A stretch of DNA of 64,000 bases from Chlorobium sp. (GCA_005862285.1 SZXW01000002.1:188849-252848); one strand, 5' to 3'; counted from the first letter of the stretch, positions 46,299 to 55,941 are shown. Numbers and translations: made by a program. The notes: a model not told the origin generated them from the letters alone.

Positions 46299-47681
46299 TC
46301 ACAGATTGTGCTCCTTCCGGAAAATTTCAAGCTCTACACGGATATTCTTGCGGAACGCCATGCTGGTGATGAGATTGAGCAGCTTGTATGGGTTTCTTCT
46401 TACCCTGTTGGCAATGTTCTTGAGCGAGTAGGCTTTATAGTACGTTTTCATGAACTTGTACTGGAACTGGACCGGGTCGTATTTTTCCGAGCGGATGACA
46501 AGGTTCAGTGCGTTGTACCTGTCCCAGTCCTCGTCGGTGATGAGCCCCTTCGCCTTGTACTCCCAGTACATCGATGTGCCCGGGTAGGGTGTGATGATCT
46601 GGAAGATCGGCATGAAGACGGCGTTGCGGGCAACGAAATCGACCAGGTTGTCCATGTCCTCGAAAGTGTCGAGCGCCGGGTTGAACAGGAAATTTCCCTG
46701 GATATTCAGTCCTGCCTGTCGGCACTCCTCGATGAGGCGCGAGTACTTTTCGGCCGAGTTGACATGACCTTTATTGTATGCTTCCAGCGTCTTCTGGTTG
46801 ATGGACTCGAAGCCGACAAGCACCATGATGCAGCCTGAATCGACCAGCTTCTTCACGGTCTCCTTGTCCTCGAGGAAGTTGATGCTGAAGAAGACGCTGT
46901 AGTTGATATCGCACTCCTTGATGAGGTCGAGCGTGTCCCATAACCGTTTCTTGCTCACACCGAGGTTTTCATCGCAGAGCATGAACCACGGTTTCGAGGA
47001 TTTGCCAGTCGGCTTGAAGAATGCTTTTTTGGCTGCCAGGATCTGCTTCCTCAGTTCATCAGGCTTCTGGGCGCGGTAGAGTTTGCCGGTGAAGTTCGGC
47101 GTGACGCAGAACGAGCAGTCGAACGGACATCCCCTGGTGACATAGATGGGAATGGCCCTGGTGCCGTCGACTTTTTCGCGTTTCGACGCTTTGGCGATCC
47201 TTGCATAGTCGATAGGAGTGATTTCCTTGACAGGCGGGAAATCCTTCGAGTCGTAGAGAGGCTTGAGACGGCCGACGGCTGCGTCCTCGAGCACGGTCTT
47301 CCAGAGGTTGTCGGCTTCGCCGCAGACGAGACAGTCGGCATGGGGCCTGGCTTCTTCGGTGTTGAAGGAGACATGCAGTCCGCCGAGGATGACTTTTTTG
47401 CCTTTTTTTCGGAAGTCGTCGGCTATATCGTAAGCCCTCTTGGCATCGATGGTGCGGGAAGTGATGCAGACAAGGTCGTAATCACCGTCGTAATTGATGG
47501 CATCGTCGAAATGCTCGTCGACGATTTCAATGTGGTGGTGTTCCGGGGTGAGGCTCACAAGCACCCCGATAGCCATATTGAACAGCGGTTTCTGGTTTGA
47601 TTTCGAATCCTTGTTTCCCATCGGAGCGATGAGCAGCAGCTTGAGTGGCCTGTTTGCGCCTGGTAATTCGGGGTTACTCAT
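46299..47681 (-). CDS. B12-binding radical SAM protein, BchQ/BchR-like (BChl c C-8(2)/C-12(1) methyltransferase family), copy A
   Basis: 460-aa ORF with an N-terminal B12-binding region and the radical SAM motif CPFDCSFC. It lies 46 nt upstream of bchU on the same strand. By eye it is roughly 85-90% identical to copy B. Confidence 0.82.
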   Translation of the reverse strand: MSNPELPGANRPLKLLLIAPMGNKDSKSNQKPLFNMAIGVLVSLTPEHHHIEIVDEHFDDAINYDGDYDLVCITSRTIDAKRAYDIADDFRKKGKKVILGGLHVSFNTEEARPHADCLVCGEADNLWKTVLEDAAVGRLKPLYDSKDFPPVKEITPIDYARIAKASKREKVDGTRAIPIYVTRGCPFDCSFCVTPNFTGKLYRAQKPDELRKQILAAKKAFFKPTGKSSKPWFMLCDENLGVSKKRLWDTLDLIKECDINYSVFFSINFLEDKETVKKLVDSGCIMVLVGFESINQKTLEAYNKGHVNSAEKYSRLIEECRQAGLNIQGNFLFNPALDTFEDMDNLVDFVARNAVFMPIFQIITPYPGTSMYWEYKAKGLITDEDWDRYNALNLVIRSEKYDPVQFQYKFMKTYYKAYSLKNIANRVRRNPYKLLNLITSMAFRKNIRVELEIFRKEHNL

Positions 47682-47820
47682 GTTGTTTCGACCGGTGTTG
47701 AACGCTCGGTTTTACAGATTGCCTGATCGTTTTATCCTTATCTGATGTTTCGTTGATTGCCTGATTGCAGGAACGGCACAATGTTGTGAAATACCGTACG
47801 ATGCATCAAGATCGAATGCG

Positions 47821-49059
47821 CTAATCAGAATAGTTGTTATTCAGCACTTTATTGTTCTCTTTTTCAAGCAGACTCTGTTTGTGGTTGTTAAGATCAAAAG
47901 GTATATGGAGCCATTTGCCTTTAAACACTGCATCGCCTGGTTCCAGGCCGGTCAGGCTTATCGGCAGTGTAATGATCTTGCGCTGATTGCCTATCTGTAC
48001 GAACAGCTCGTCGCCTGTAACCCATATATCGATATCTACCGGGTTGGCAAACATCAGTTTCATTTGAACTTCATAAATATCACCCTGCCGGACGAATTTG
48101 ATGGGCGGTTCGTCATACATCATATCGGATGGATCGGTATCGCCGTAAATATCATGTGCGAACCGTTCCAAAGCTTTCAGTCCGACGATTTCCTTCTCAT
48201 ACATTCTCAGTTTTGCAACCGGCAGCGGCGCAAAGCCTTCTTCTATTTCACCAAGGTATTTCTGCTGGATCGATTTCCATTTTTCAAGGTAACCGCTGTT
48301 TTCCTTTGTATCGAGAAGGCGGTTGACGAGCACCATATCGACCTGGAAGCCGTACAGGTTCAGGTAGGTAAGAGCCCGCATGGTTTCCTTTATCGACATT
48401 TTCTCGGCATTCATGACCAGCCGCACGGTAGATTTTTTCGTATCCGTAAGAATTTCCCGGATGCCTTCCAGCTCATCGAAAACGTGGTCGACAGAATCGA
48501 TCGCTTCTTCCGGTGGAATATAGAAGGCAATTTTGTCGGACATTTTCGACAGGGGTTTGCTGAGAGGCCTGACAATATATTTTGTGACGTTTTTAACGGC
48601 CTTCATGCCCCATGACAAGGTGTCCGGAAGTGAGAGCAATCTGAGCGTTTCACCTGTTGGCGCGGTATCGAGCACCAGCGCATCATAACTCCCGGCAGCT
48701 TTGTAGCGTTTGATCCTCAGCAGGGAAAAAAGCTCTTCCATGCCCGGCAGGATGGTCATTTCATCAGCTACTACGCCGGAAACGCCCTGTGCCATGAAAA
48801 TCCTCGTGTAGTACTTCTGAACAGACTGCCAGTTGTTTTTAAGGTCAACGTAAGGGTTTACCTCGATTGCATGGAGATTTTCCCTGATCCTGGTTGGTTC
48901 CGCCCCCAGAGGCAGATTGTATGAATCCGAGAGACTATGGGCAGGATCGGTTGAAAGAACGAGCGTACGATATCCCATTTCCGACAAGCGGACAGCTGTA
49001 GCAGCAGATACGCTGGTTTTGCCTACTCCGCCTTTACCTGTGAATGTTAAAATACGCAT
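47821..49059 (-). CDS. Get3/ArsA-family P-loop ATPase with a C-terminal alpha-crystallin-like domain (paralog 3, close paralog of 17253-18500)
   Basis: 412-aa ORF with [30 protein letters not shown] and the ACD-like C-terminus DIYEVQMKL...DIDIWVTGDELFVQIGNQRKIITLPISL. It has no cysteine and is about 90% identical to paralog 1 by eye. Confidence 0.85.
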   Translation of the reverse strand: MRILTFTGKGGVGKTSVSAATAVRLSEMGYRTLVLSTDPAHSLSDSYNLPLGAEPTRIRENLHAIEVNPYVDLKNNWQSVQKYYTRIFMAQGVSGVVADEMTILPGMEELFSLLRIKRYKAAGSYDALVLDTAPTGETLRLLSLPDTLSWGMKAVKNVTKYIVRPLSKPLSKMSDKIAFYIPPEEAIDSVDHVFDELEGIREILTDTKKSTVRLVMNAEKMSIKETMRALTYLNLYGFQVDMVLVNRLLDTKENSGYLEKWKSIQQKYLGEIEEGFAPLPVAKLRMYEKEIVGLKALERFAHDIYGDTDPSDMMYDEPPIKFVRQGDIYEVQMKLMFANPVDIDIWVTGDELFVQIGNQRKIITLPISLTGLEPGDAVFKGKWLHIPFDLNNHKQSLLEKENNKVLNNNYSD

Positions 49060-49287
49060 GACGCCGACTTTGATATTTTAAGGCAATAAGGAAAAATCTA
49101 TGAACTGAAAAGATAACATTTTGAGCGTAAGTAGCAATGGACAGGAAAATATACAGGTTGAAACTATATTTGCAAGATGTGAAATTGCGGATAAGAAGGC
49201 GATACCTGTCATGAACGGATAGAGCCGGTCAGATTAATTTGCCCGGCTTGTATCTGAGCCTGTTGTACCAGACAGGGAAAATGTACG

Positions 49288-49410
49288 TCACTGCTGCTTT
49301 TTCGAGGATGATTTTCCGATGAATTTATTCAGTAGCATGACGATGAAGATGCCCGAGACAAAGAAAATCACTGGTGCATAAATGGTCGTATATTTGGCAA
49401 ATTCCGGCAT
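49288..49410 (-). CDS. Candidate 40-aa single-TM small protein (unsupported beyond the ORF and hydrophobicity)
   Basis: My translation is MPEFAKYTTIYAPVIFFVSGIFIVMLLNKFIGKSSSKKQQ: one hydrophobic helix and a Lys/Ser-rich tail. It is on the same strand as the flanking radical SAM and Get3-like genes. It is below the ORF-track cutoff and has no clear SD. Confidence 0.25.
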   Translation of the reverse strand: MPEFAKYTTIYAPVIFFVSGIFIVMLLNKFIGKSSSKKQQ

Positions 49411-49489
49411 TGATGGTTTGTGTTTGATGGTTGACGAGTAATTGAAATATTTGGTTATTTGTAATGGCCCTTTTTCGAGCCTGTAAAGT

Positions 49490-50872
49490 TTACAGATTGT
49501 GCTCCTTCCTGAAGGTGCCGAGCTGTTCGCGTATATTTCTGCGGAACGCTATGCTGGTGATGAGGTTGAGCATTTTGTAGGGATTCTTTCTAACCCTGTT
49601 GGCAATGTTCTTCAGTGAATAAGCCTTGTAATAACTTTTCATGAACTTGTACTGGAACTCTATCGGATCGTATTTTTCTGAACGGATGACCAGATTTGTA
49701 GCATTGTATCTGTCCCAGTTCTCGTCGGTAATGAGTCCTTTCTCCTTGTACTCCCAGTACATCGATGTGCCTGGATAGGGCGTGATAATCTGGAATATAG
49801 GCATGAATACATTATTTTTGCTGACAAAGTCGACCAGGTTGTCCATGTCTTCGAAGGTATCGAGCGCTGGGTTGAAGAGGAAGTTCCCCTGGACGTTCAG
49901 ACCTGCCTGACGGCACTCCTCGATGAGGCGTGAAAACTTCTCGGCCGAGTTCACATGCCCTTTGTTGTAGGCTTCAAGCGTGCGCTGGTTGATGGACTCG
50001 AAGCCCACGAGCACCATGAGGCAGCCGGAATCGACCAGTTTCCTGACCGTATCCTTGTCTTCGAGGAAATTGCTGCTGAAAAAGACGCTGTAGTTTATGT
50101 TGCACTCCTTTATGAGGTCGAGCGTCTCCCACAGCCGTTTTTTGCTAACGCCGAGATTTTCGTCGCACAGCATGAACCATGGTTTCGAGGATTTTCCGTG
50201 CGGCTTGAAGAATGCTTTTTTCGCGGCTTCGATCTGCTTCTTAAGATCATCCGGCTTCTGGGCTCGGTAGAGTTTGCCGGTGAAATTCGGTGTGACGCAG
50301 AAGGAACAGTCGAACGGGCATCCTCTGGTGACATAGATGGGAATGGACTTGGTGCCGTCGACCTTTTCGCGTTTCGATGCTTTGGCGATTCTTGCGTAAT
50401 CGATAGGGACGATTTCCGTGACTGGAGGGAAATCCTTCGAGTTGTAAAGCGGCTTGAGCCGGTTGTTCGCTGCATCCTCGAGCACGGTCTGCCAGAGGTT
50501 CTCGGCTTCGCCGCAGACGATGCAGTCGGCGTGGGGCCTTGCTTCTTCGGTATTGAAGGAGACGTGCAGTCCGCCGAGGATGACCTTCTTTCCTTTTTTG
50601 CGGAAGGCATCGGCGATTTCGTAACCTCTTTTAGCATCGATGGTGCGGGAAGTAATACCAACAAAGTCGTAATCGCCGTCGTAATTGATGGTATCGCCGA
50701 AATGCTCATCGGCGATTTCGATGTGGTGCTGTTCAGGAGTGAGGCTGACCAGTACTCCTATCGCCATGTTGAACAGCGGCTTCTGGTTTGTTTTCGAATC
50801 CTTTTTTCCCTTCGGAGCGATGAAGAGCAGTTTGAGAGGCCTTGTTGCGCCTGGTGATCCGTGGTTACTCAT
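49490..50872 (-). CDS. B12-binding radical SAM protein, BchQ/BchR-like, copy B
   Basis: The 460-aa ORF has the same motifs as copy A (CPFDCSFC) and is collinear with it over the full length. Confidence 0.82.
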   Translation of the reverse strand: MSNHGSPGATRPLKLLFIAPKGKKDSKTNQKPLFNMAIGVLVSLTPEQHHIEIADEHFGDTINYDGDYDFVGITSRTIDAKRGYEIADAFRKKGKKVILGGLHVSFNTEEARPHADCIVCGEAENLWQTVLEDAANNRLKPLYNSKDFPPVTEIVPIDYARIAKASKREKVDGTKSIPIYVTRGCPFDCSFCVTPNFTGKLYRAQKPDDLKKQIEAAKKAFFKPHGKSSKPWFMLCDENLGVSKKRLWETLDLIKECNINYSVFFSSNFLEDKDTVRKLVDSGCLMVLVGFESINQRTLEAYNKGHVNSAEKFSRLIEECRQAGLNVQGNFLFNPALDTFEDMDNLVDFVSKNNVFMPIFQIITPYPGTSMYWEYKEKGLITDENWDRYNATNLVIRSEKYDPIEFQYKFMKSYYKAYSLKNIANRVRKNPYKMLNLITSIAFRRNIREQLGTFRKEHNL

Positions 50873-51314
50873 GTTCTTTCGACCAGTATGGGATGCCCGA
50901 TTTTACAGATTTTCTGATCGTTTTATCATTGTCTCGCGGCTTCGTCTATCATAGTCGGGAAGTAATTCGATTACAGATTTTCCTACACAGAAATTTATCG
51001 GGAAGAAGCTGTGAATTCAACCTGACTGTACAGCAATGTAAAAATTATTGTTTTAAAACGAGACCATTTTAACGGTTTTTGAACTGGGATTTTCGTTTTA
51101 TCATCAGTGGCTTGTCTCTTGAAAAAGTGGGCGGTGAAAGAATGGTGGCATGGATTAACAGTGAAAACAGAGATAAAAAAATCATATGTTCTCTAAAACG
51201 ATATCTGTCATGGCCATGCTTATCCGGACATTTCGGGACGGCCCGCTCCGGGTATCCTGATTCCGGCGGCAGGTGTATTCCGGACTCTCGCAACATTAAT
51301 TACATGATGAACGT

Positions 51315-51827
51315 ATGGGAAAAGTTCTGCCTTACAAAGGTATCTGGCCTCAGCTGCATGAAACGGTTTTTATGACCGAAGGTGTGTTCGTCATAGGGGA
51401 TGTTCATATCGGGGCCTATTCAAGTATATGGTTCAATGCCGTTGTGCGGGGGGATGTCTGCCCGATTCGCATCGGTGAGAAAACAAACGTACAGGATAAC
51501 GTCACCCTCCACGTGACGCACGATACGGGACCGCTGAACATCGGCAATTGTGTAACTATCGGTCATGGTGCTGTTCTCCATGCCTGTACGGTGCAGGACC
51601 ATGTCCTGATCGGTATGGGTGCGGTACTGCTCGACGACTGCGTGGTAGAGCCCTGGTCGGTTGTCGCTGCCGGTTCCCTGGTCAGACAGGGTTTTACCGT
51701 ACCGTCCGGTATGCTTGTGGCCGGTGTTCCGGCAAAAGTCATCCGTCCCATTACCGAGGACGAGAGGCGCAATATCGAGGAGTCTCCTGAAAACTATATC
51801 AGGTACTGCAGGAATTATCAGGGGTGA
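51315..51827 (+). CDS. Gamma-class carbonic anhydrase-like / hexapeptide-repeat (LbH) protein
   Basis: 170-aa ORF with left-handed beta-helix repeats (IGAYSSIWFNAVVRGD, IGEKTNVQDNVTLH, IGHGAVLH, IGMGAVLL). Confidence 0.85.
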   Translation: MGKVLPYKGIWPQLHETVFMTEGVFVIGDVHIGAYSSIWFNAVVRGDVCPIRIGEKTNVQDNVTLHVTHDTGPLNIGNCVTIGHGAVLHACTVQDHVLIGMGAVLLDDCVVEPWSVVAAGSLVRQGFTVPSGMLVAGVPAKVIRPITEDERRNIEESPENYIRYCRNYQG

Positions 51828-51979
51828 TAATCGTTTTGGAGGTGGGCGTTTTACTTGGGCACGACCAATATTTTCGCCGTTGTTTTTTTATATTTTTCTA
51901 AATTGTTAAAGGATCGGTTGGCTCTTAATACTTGTTATATGATGTAAAATATGTTATTCCAAGATTTATCAGAAATGTT

Positions 51980-53182
51980 ATGAGTTCCATAATGCAAAAC
52001 GATGTTGTTGTCGTAGGCGGCGGGATCAGCGGCCTCAGCTTGGCTTATTACTCTGTTAAGGCCGGTATGAAGACAACGCTTATTGAAAAGGACGATTCAA
52101 CCGGCGGTTCTTTCTCTTCCCCCCGTCATCGCGTCGGTGGCCGCGAGTTCTGGCTCGAACTGGGGGCCCATACCTGTTACAGTTCCTACAAGAACCTGCT
52201 TGACATTGTTGAAGGTTGCGGCCTTATTGATGCAATCACACCCCGTGCCAAGGTGCCTTTTTCACTTTACAAGGATGGAGAGGTCAAATCGCTGGTTTCC
52301 AGTCTCAATATTGCTGAATTGCTTCTCTCCGCACCAAAAATTTTCTCCCTGAAGAAAAGCGGTTTGAGCGTGAAGGACTATTATTCAAAGATAGTCGGGC
52401 ATAAAAACTACAATGAAATCATCAGCCATTTTTTCAATGCCGTTCCTTCGCAGGTGACCGATGATTTCCCTGCCGACTTGATGTTCAAGAGCCGGGAAAA
52501 GAGAAAGGATGTTCTGAAGAATTACACTTTTGCGGAAGGGTTACAGAGCATTGCAAAGGCAATTTCAGCATCCAGGGGACTTAATGTTTTTACCAGCAGA
52601 GAGGTTGTTTCGATTCAGGAGGAAAACGGAAAGTATATCGTTATTACCTCTGATGGTACAACATATGCTTCAAAAGTTCTCGCTCTTGCAGTTCCGTCGT
52701 CCGTGGCTTCCAGGCTTCTGGGGACTGTCAAACCTGCGATAGCAGAGCATCTCGGTCTTCTCGGTGCGGCAACTGTTGATTCAGTAGGCGTCGTTATCAG
52801 AAAGGAGAACCTTGATCTGAAGCCGGTTGCTGCGCTTATATCTCCAAACGACCTCTTTTTTTCGGCAGTTTCTCTCGATACTGTACCCCATGACAATTTC
52901 CGGGGGTTTGCATTCCATTTCCGACCCGGTTTCGACCACAATACGAAAATGACCCGTATCTGTGAGGTACTGAGAATAGCTCCGTCAAAGATCGAGAAGA
53001 CATTTACCCGGATCAATACGGTACCTTCTCTTTGTCTCGGACACCACGAGTGGCTTGAAAAAACCGATACCTTGCTGAAGGGGCAGAAAAACCTGCTTTT
53101 GACCGGCAATTATTTCGGCGGTATGGCTATCGAGGATTGTGTGTCACGTTCCAAAAGTGAGTTCAGCAGGGTAAGCCTGTAG
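51980..53182 (+). CDS. FAD-dependent oxidoreductase (protoporphyrinogen oxidase/amine oxidase-like fold)
   Basis: The dinucleotide-binding motif VVVVGGGISGLSLAY lies just after the ATG at 51980. The ORF track starts at 51932. The substrate is not assignable. Confidence 0.7.
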   Translation: MSSIMQNDVVVVGGGISGLSLAYYSVKAGMKTTLIEKDDSTGGSFSSPRHRVGGREFWLELGAHTCYSSYKNLLDIVEGCGLIDAITPRAKVPFSLYKDGEVKSLVSSLNIAELLLSAPKIFSLKKSGLSVKDYYSKIVGHKNYNEIISHFFNAVPSQVTDDFPADLMFKSREKRKDVLKNYTFAEGLQSIAKAISASRGLNVFTSREVVSIQEENGKYIVITSDGTTYASKVLALAVPSSVASRLLGTVKPAIAEHLGLLGAATVDSVGVVIRKENLDLKPVAALISPNDLFFSAVSLDTVPHDNFRGFAFHFRPGFDHNTKMTRICEVLRIAPSKIEKTFTRINTVPSLCLGHHEWLEKTDTLLKGQKNLLLTGNYFGGMAIEDCVSRSKSEFSRVSL

Positions 53183-53245
53183 CACCGGATTTGGAAAACG
53201 TCCCGCGGCAACAAGGTCCGGTGTAAGTTTCTGTCATCCGGTGAT

Positions 53246-54331
53246 ATGGAAATAAAGAACTTTTTCAATGCATTCCGGCAGGATATCTGGGTCCCTCTTC
53301 TTTTCGGGGCAGCAGCCCTGCTGTTGTATCTTGGCGCTAATTCGTTTTTCAGGAAGGTAACCTCAAGGATACGCCTGTCTATCCGTGAAAGCGCAATTCC
53401 GCTCGATCTTCTGCAGTGGCCTTTCCGTTATCTTGTCGTTGCAATTCTTTTTGCCGTACTGGTACATGCATTGCCTCTTCCTCCTTTTTATCTTGAACTT
53501 GCAAGACATGCGCTCCTGATTTTCTCGATCATCGGGATTGTCTGGTTCTGCATGCGGCTGCTGGTCGTATTCGAACAGTTTCTTCTGCAGCACTACCCTG
53601 AAAAAGTCAGGGAGAGCGAAACAGGCAGGAAGAATGCAACCTACATAAGCCTTGCACGCAAAATACTCAATGTCCTGCTGGTGCTGGTCGGTGTCTCCGG
53701 AATTCTCATGTCGTTCGATACCGTTCGCCAGGTTGGTCTCAGTATCCTCGCCTCAGCCGGTATCGCCGGGGTCATTCTCGGTTTTGCCGCCCAGAAAAGC
53801 CTCTCGACGCTGATATCCGGCATACAGATCGCCGTGACCCAGCCTATCAGCATCAATGATGTCGTCGTGGTGGAAAAGCAATGGGGCAGGATCGAGGAGA
53901 TCACGCTGACCTATGTCGTTGTCCAGCTCTGGAACCAGCGCCGACTTATCGTTCCTATCTCCTGGTTTCTGGAACGCCCTTTCGAGAACTGGACAAGAAC
54001 ATCTCCTGAACTGCTTGACACGGTTTTCATCTATACCGATTATGCCGTTCCACTCGATATCCTGAGAAAGGGGCTTGAACGAATAGTTTCAACCAATCCG
54101 CTCTGGGACAGGCGGGTCGTTAAAATGCATGTAACCGATTTTTCTGATAAATCGCTTGAAATACGTGCCCTTGTAAGCGCGGCCAATGCTTCCGATATGT
54201 GGGAATTGAGATGCCAAGTACGGGAACAACTGCTGGAATTCATCAGGCAGAATATTCCCGAAGGACTGCCAAAAGTACGGATGGAAATGGACCAGTCAGG
54301 TTTTCCCCGCACCGGAACGGCTTCGGAATAA
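53246..54331 (+). CDS. Mechanosensitive ion channel, MscS family
   Basis: 361-aa ORF with several N-terminal TM helices followed by the MscS core ILASAGIAGVILGFAAQKSLSTLISGIQI....PISINDVV. Confidence 0.85.
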   Translation: MEIKNFFNAFRQDIWVPLLFGAAALLLYLGANSFFRKVTSRIRLSIRESAIPLDLLQWPFRYLVVAILFAVLVHALPLPPFYLELARHALLIFSIIGIVWFCMRLLVVFEQFLLQHYPEKVRESETGRKNATYISLARKILNVLLVLVGVSGILMSFDTVRQVGLSILASAGIAGVILGFAAQKSLSTLISGIQIAVTQPISINDVVVVEKQWGRIEEITLTYVVVQLWNQRRLIVPISWFLERPFENWTRTSPELLDTVFIYTDYAVPLDILRKGLERIVSTNPLWDRRVVKMHVTDFSDKSLEIRALVSAANASDMWELRCQVREQLLEFIRQNIPEGLPKVRMEMDQSGFPRTGTASE

Positions 54332-54467
54332 AAAAATGAATTTTTACGGTTTTTCCCTTAAATTCGCTGATCATCCTGATCGTTATCCTTTTTTCGCTGA
54401 TCTGTCGGTAATGATTTCGGATTTCGTTAAATGATTATTTTTTGTACAGATAAAAAAGGAGAAAGAT

Positions 54468-54902
54468 ATGGCACAAGCCAAAATAGGGGATGTGGTCAAA
54501 GTTCATTACACCGGAACGCTGGATGACGGCACCGTATTCGATACGTCGGCGGATCGCGATCCGCTGGAATTCATCGTCGGAAAAGGACAGGTCATTCCCG
54601 GGTTCGACAGTGCGGTGATCGACATGGTTCCGGGTGAAACCAGGGTAACGGTCATTCCTGCCGAAGATGCTTATGGTGTTCACAGCCCTGAGCTTGTAAC
54701 CGATGTTGACCGTGAACGGTTTCCGGCCGATATGGAGCTTGAAATCGGACAGCAGCTGCAGGTCGGGCTCGCCGACGGCCAGCAGGCGATCGTGATGGTG
54801 GTCGATCTCTCCGACACAGCGGTGACCCTCGATGCGAACCATCCGCTTGCCGGACAGACCCTCACGTTCGAAATCGAACTTGTAGAGATCATCGAAGGCT
54901 AA
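54468..54902 (+). CDS. FKBP-type peptidyl-prolyl cis-trans isomerase, SlyD-like (no His-rich tail)
   Basis: 144-aa ORF with [26 protein letters not shown], an inserted IF-like segment and [20 protein letters not shown]. Confidence 0.88.
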   Translation: MAQAKIGDVVKVHYTGTLDDGTVFDTSADRDPLEFIVGKGQVIPGFDSAVIDMVPGETRVTVIPAEDAYGVHSPELVTDVDRERFPADMELEIGQQLQVGLADGQQAIVMVVDLSDTAVTLDANHPLAGQTLTFEIELVEIIEG

Positions 54903-55058
54903 CTTTATTCGGTTCGACTCTTTTTCCTGGTCCCGGTCTCCGGCATATGCTTCAGGCCGGGATTTGTAATATAGGAACTTGCCCCACTGGGCTGTAATAC
55001 TTGGGTGTAGAAAAAATGATGATTGTGTCAGAGAAAGACGGCTGGTTTTTTTAAGGCT

Positions 55059-55349
55059 CTACATTCTGCTTTCTTTGCTATGCCAGACACGAATAATGAC
55101 AACCGTATCGTGCCTGTCCCACATATAACGAAGTACAAAAGCGCTTGCCCCGAAAGACAGAACCAGTTCACGTCTTCCTGTGTCATCGTCCATGGGACGG
55201 CCAATCTCCGGGATCGATTTCAGCAGACCTGCACCGTCAAGAATGACCCTCGCTGCTCGTGCTGCAGCATCGGGTTTTTTTTCGTACAGGAAAGCATAAA
55301 GCCGCTCAACATCAGCCAGTGCGTCCGGCAGCCATTTTATCTGGGACAA
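55059..55349 (-). CDS. Type II toxin, ParE/RelE family
   Basis: The 96-aa ORF has the typical plasmid-stabilisation pattern (W.P.A..D...L..FL.......A......I......L...P..GRP......REL......Y...Y......V.I.RV.H). It overlaps the upstream antitoxin ORF by 13 nt. Confidence 0.8.
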   Translation of the reverse strand: MSQIKWLPDALADVERLYAFLYEKKPDAAARAARVILDGAGLLKSIPEIGRPMDDDTGRRELVLSFGASAFVLRYMWDRHDTVVIIRVWHSKESRM

Positions 55350-55606
55350 GCCGTCACCTTCCCTTGTGCCAGATTTTCAAGCCATTCGGCAGCTTGTTCA
55401 TGAGCTATGGCAACGCCGGTCAATTGATACTGTTCCCAACGTTCCATATCCTCCCGCTTTTCCTGTTCATATTTTTCTTCGCGATCCAGGAATGTTTCGA
55501 TTGCCCTGCACATAAGCCAGTGGGGCGATCTGTCGCGGATACGACCGAGAGCAGCAAGCCGCTTCTGTGTAGTGTCGTCTAACTTGACGCCTTTTGTCTG
55601 TGACAT
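55337..55606 (-). CDS. Type II antitoxin, ribbon-helix-helix (CopG/ParD-like)
   Basis: The ATG at 55606 is preceded by aaaaggagatttggcc (SD AAGGAG). The N-terminus KGVKLDDTTQKRLAALGRIRDRSPHWLMCRAIETFLD is RHH-like. The longer ORF-track start (55762) is unlikely. Confidence 0.75.
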   Translation of the reverse strand: MSQTKGVKLDDTTQKRLAALGRIRDRSPHWLMCRAIETFLDREEKYEQEKREDMERWEQYQLTGVAIAHEQAAEWLENLAQGKVTACPR

Positions 55607-55809
55607 GGCCAAATCTCCTTTTGATACAAGGTAGTACTTATGGCAACCATTAGCAACCTGATTGAACCACCGAATTTGATATGACCAATAAAGCTTCGTT
55701 TCAGAACGGGTTTTGAGCGTAGCGTATTTCTTCTCGTAATCAATACAAAAGTACATAAGCAACCCATAGGAAGGTGGTACAATCTCTTTTTTTACGTTAT
55801 TTATTTGTT

Positions 55810-55850
55810 ATCCATGTAAATTGAAAATCAGAATTTCAAATTACATGGAT
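55810..55850. promoter_or_regulatory. Near-perfect 17-bp inverted repeat in the divergent spacer between the antitoxin and SDR genes (operator or hairpin)
   Basis: The sequence is atccatgtaaattgaaa-atcagaa-tttcaaattacatggat. Confidence 0.35.
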
Positions 55851-55941
55851 TAAGGACGCAGTCTCTCTTGATCGCAGAACAGCTGAAGATGTTCGGTTCT
55901 GGGACTATGACGATATGGCAAATTTCCCCTGATCAAGCATC

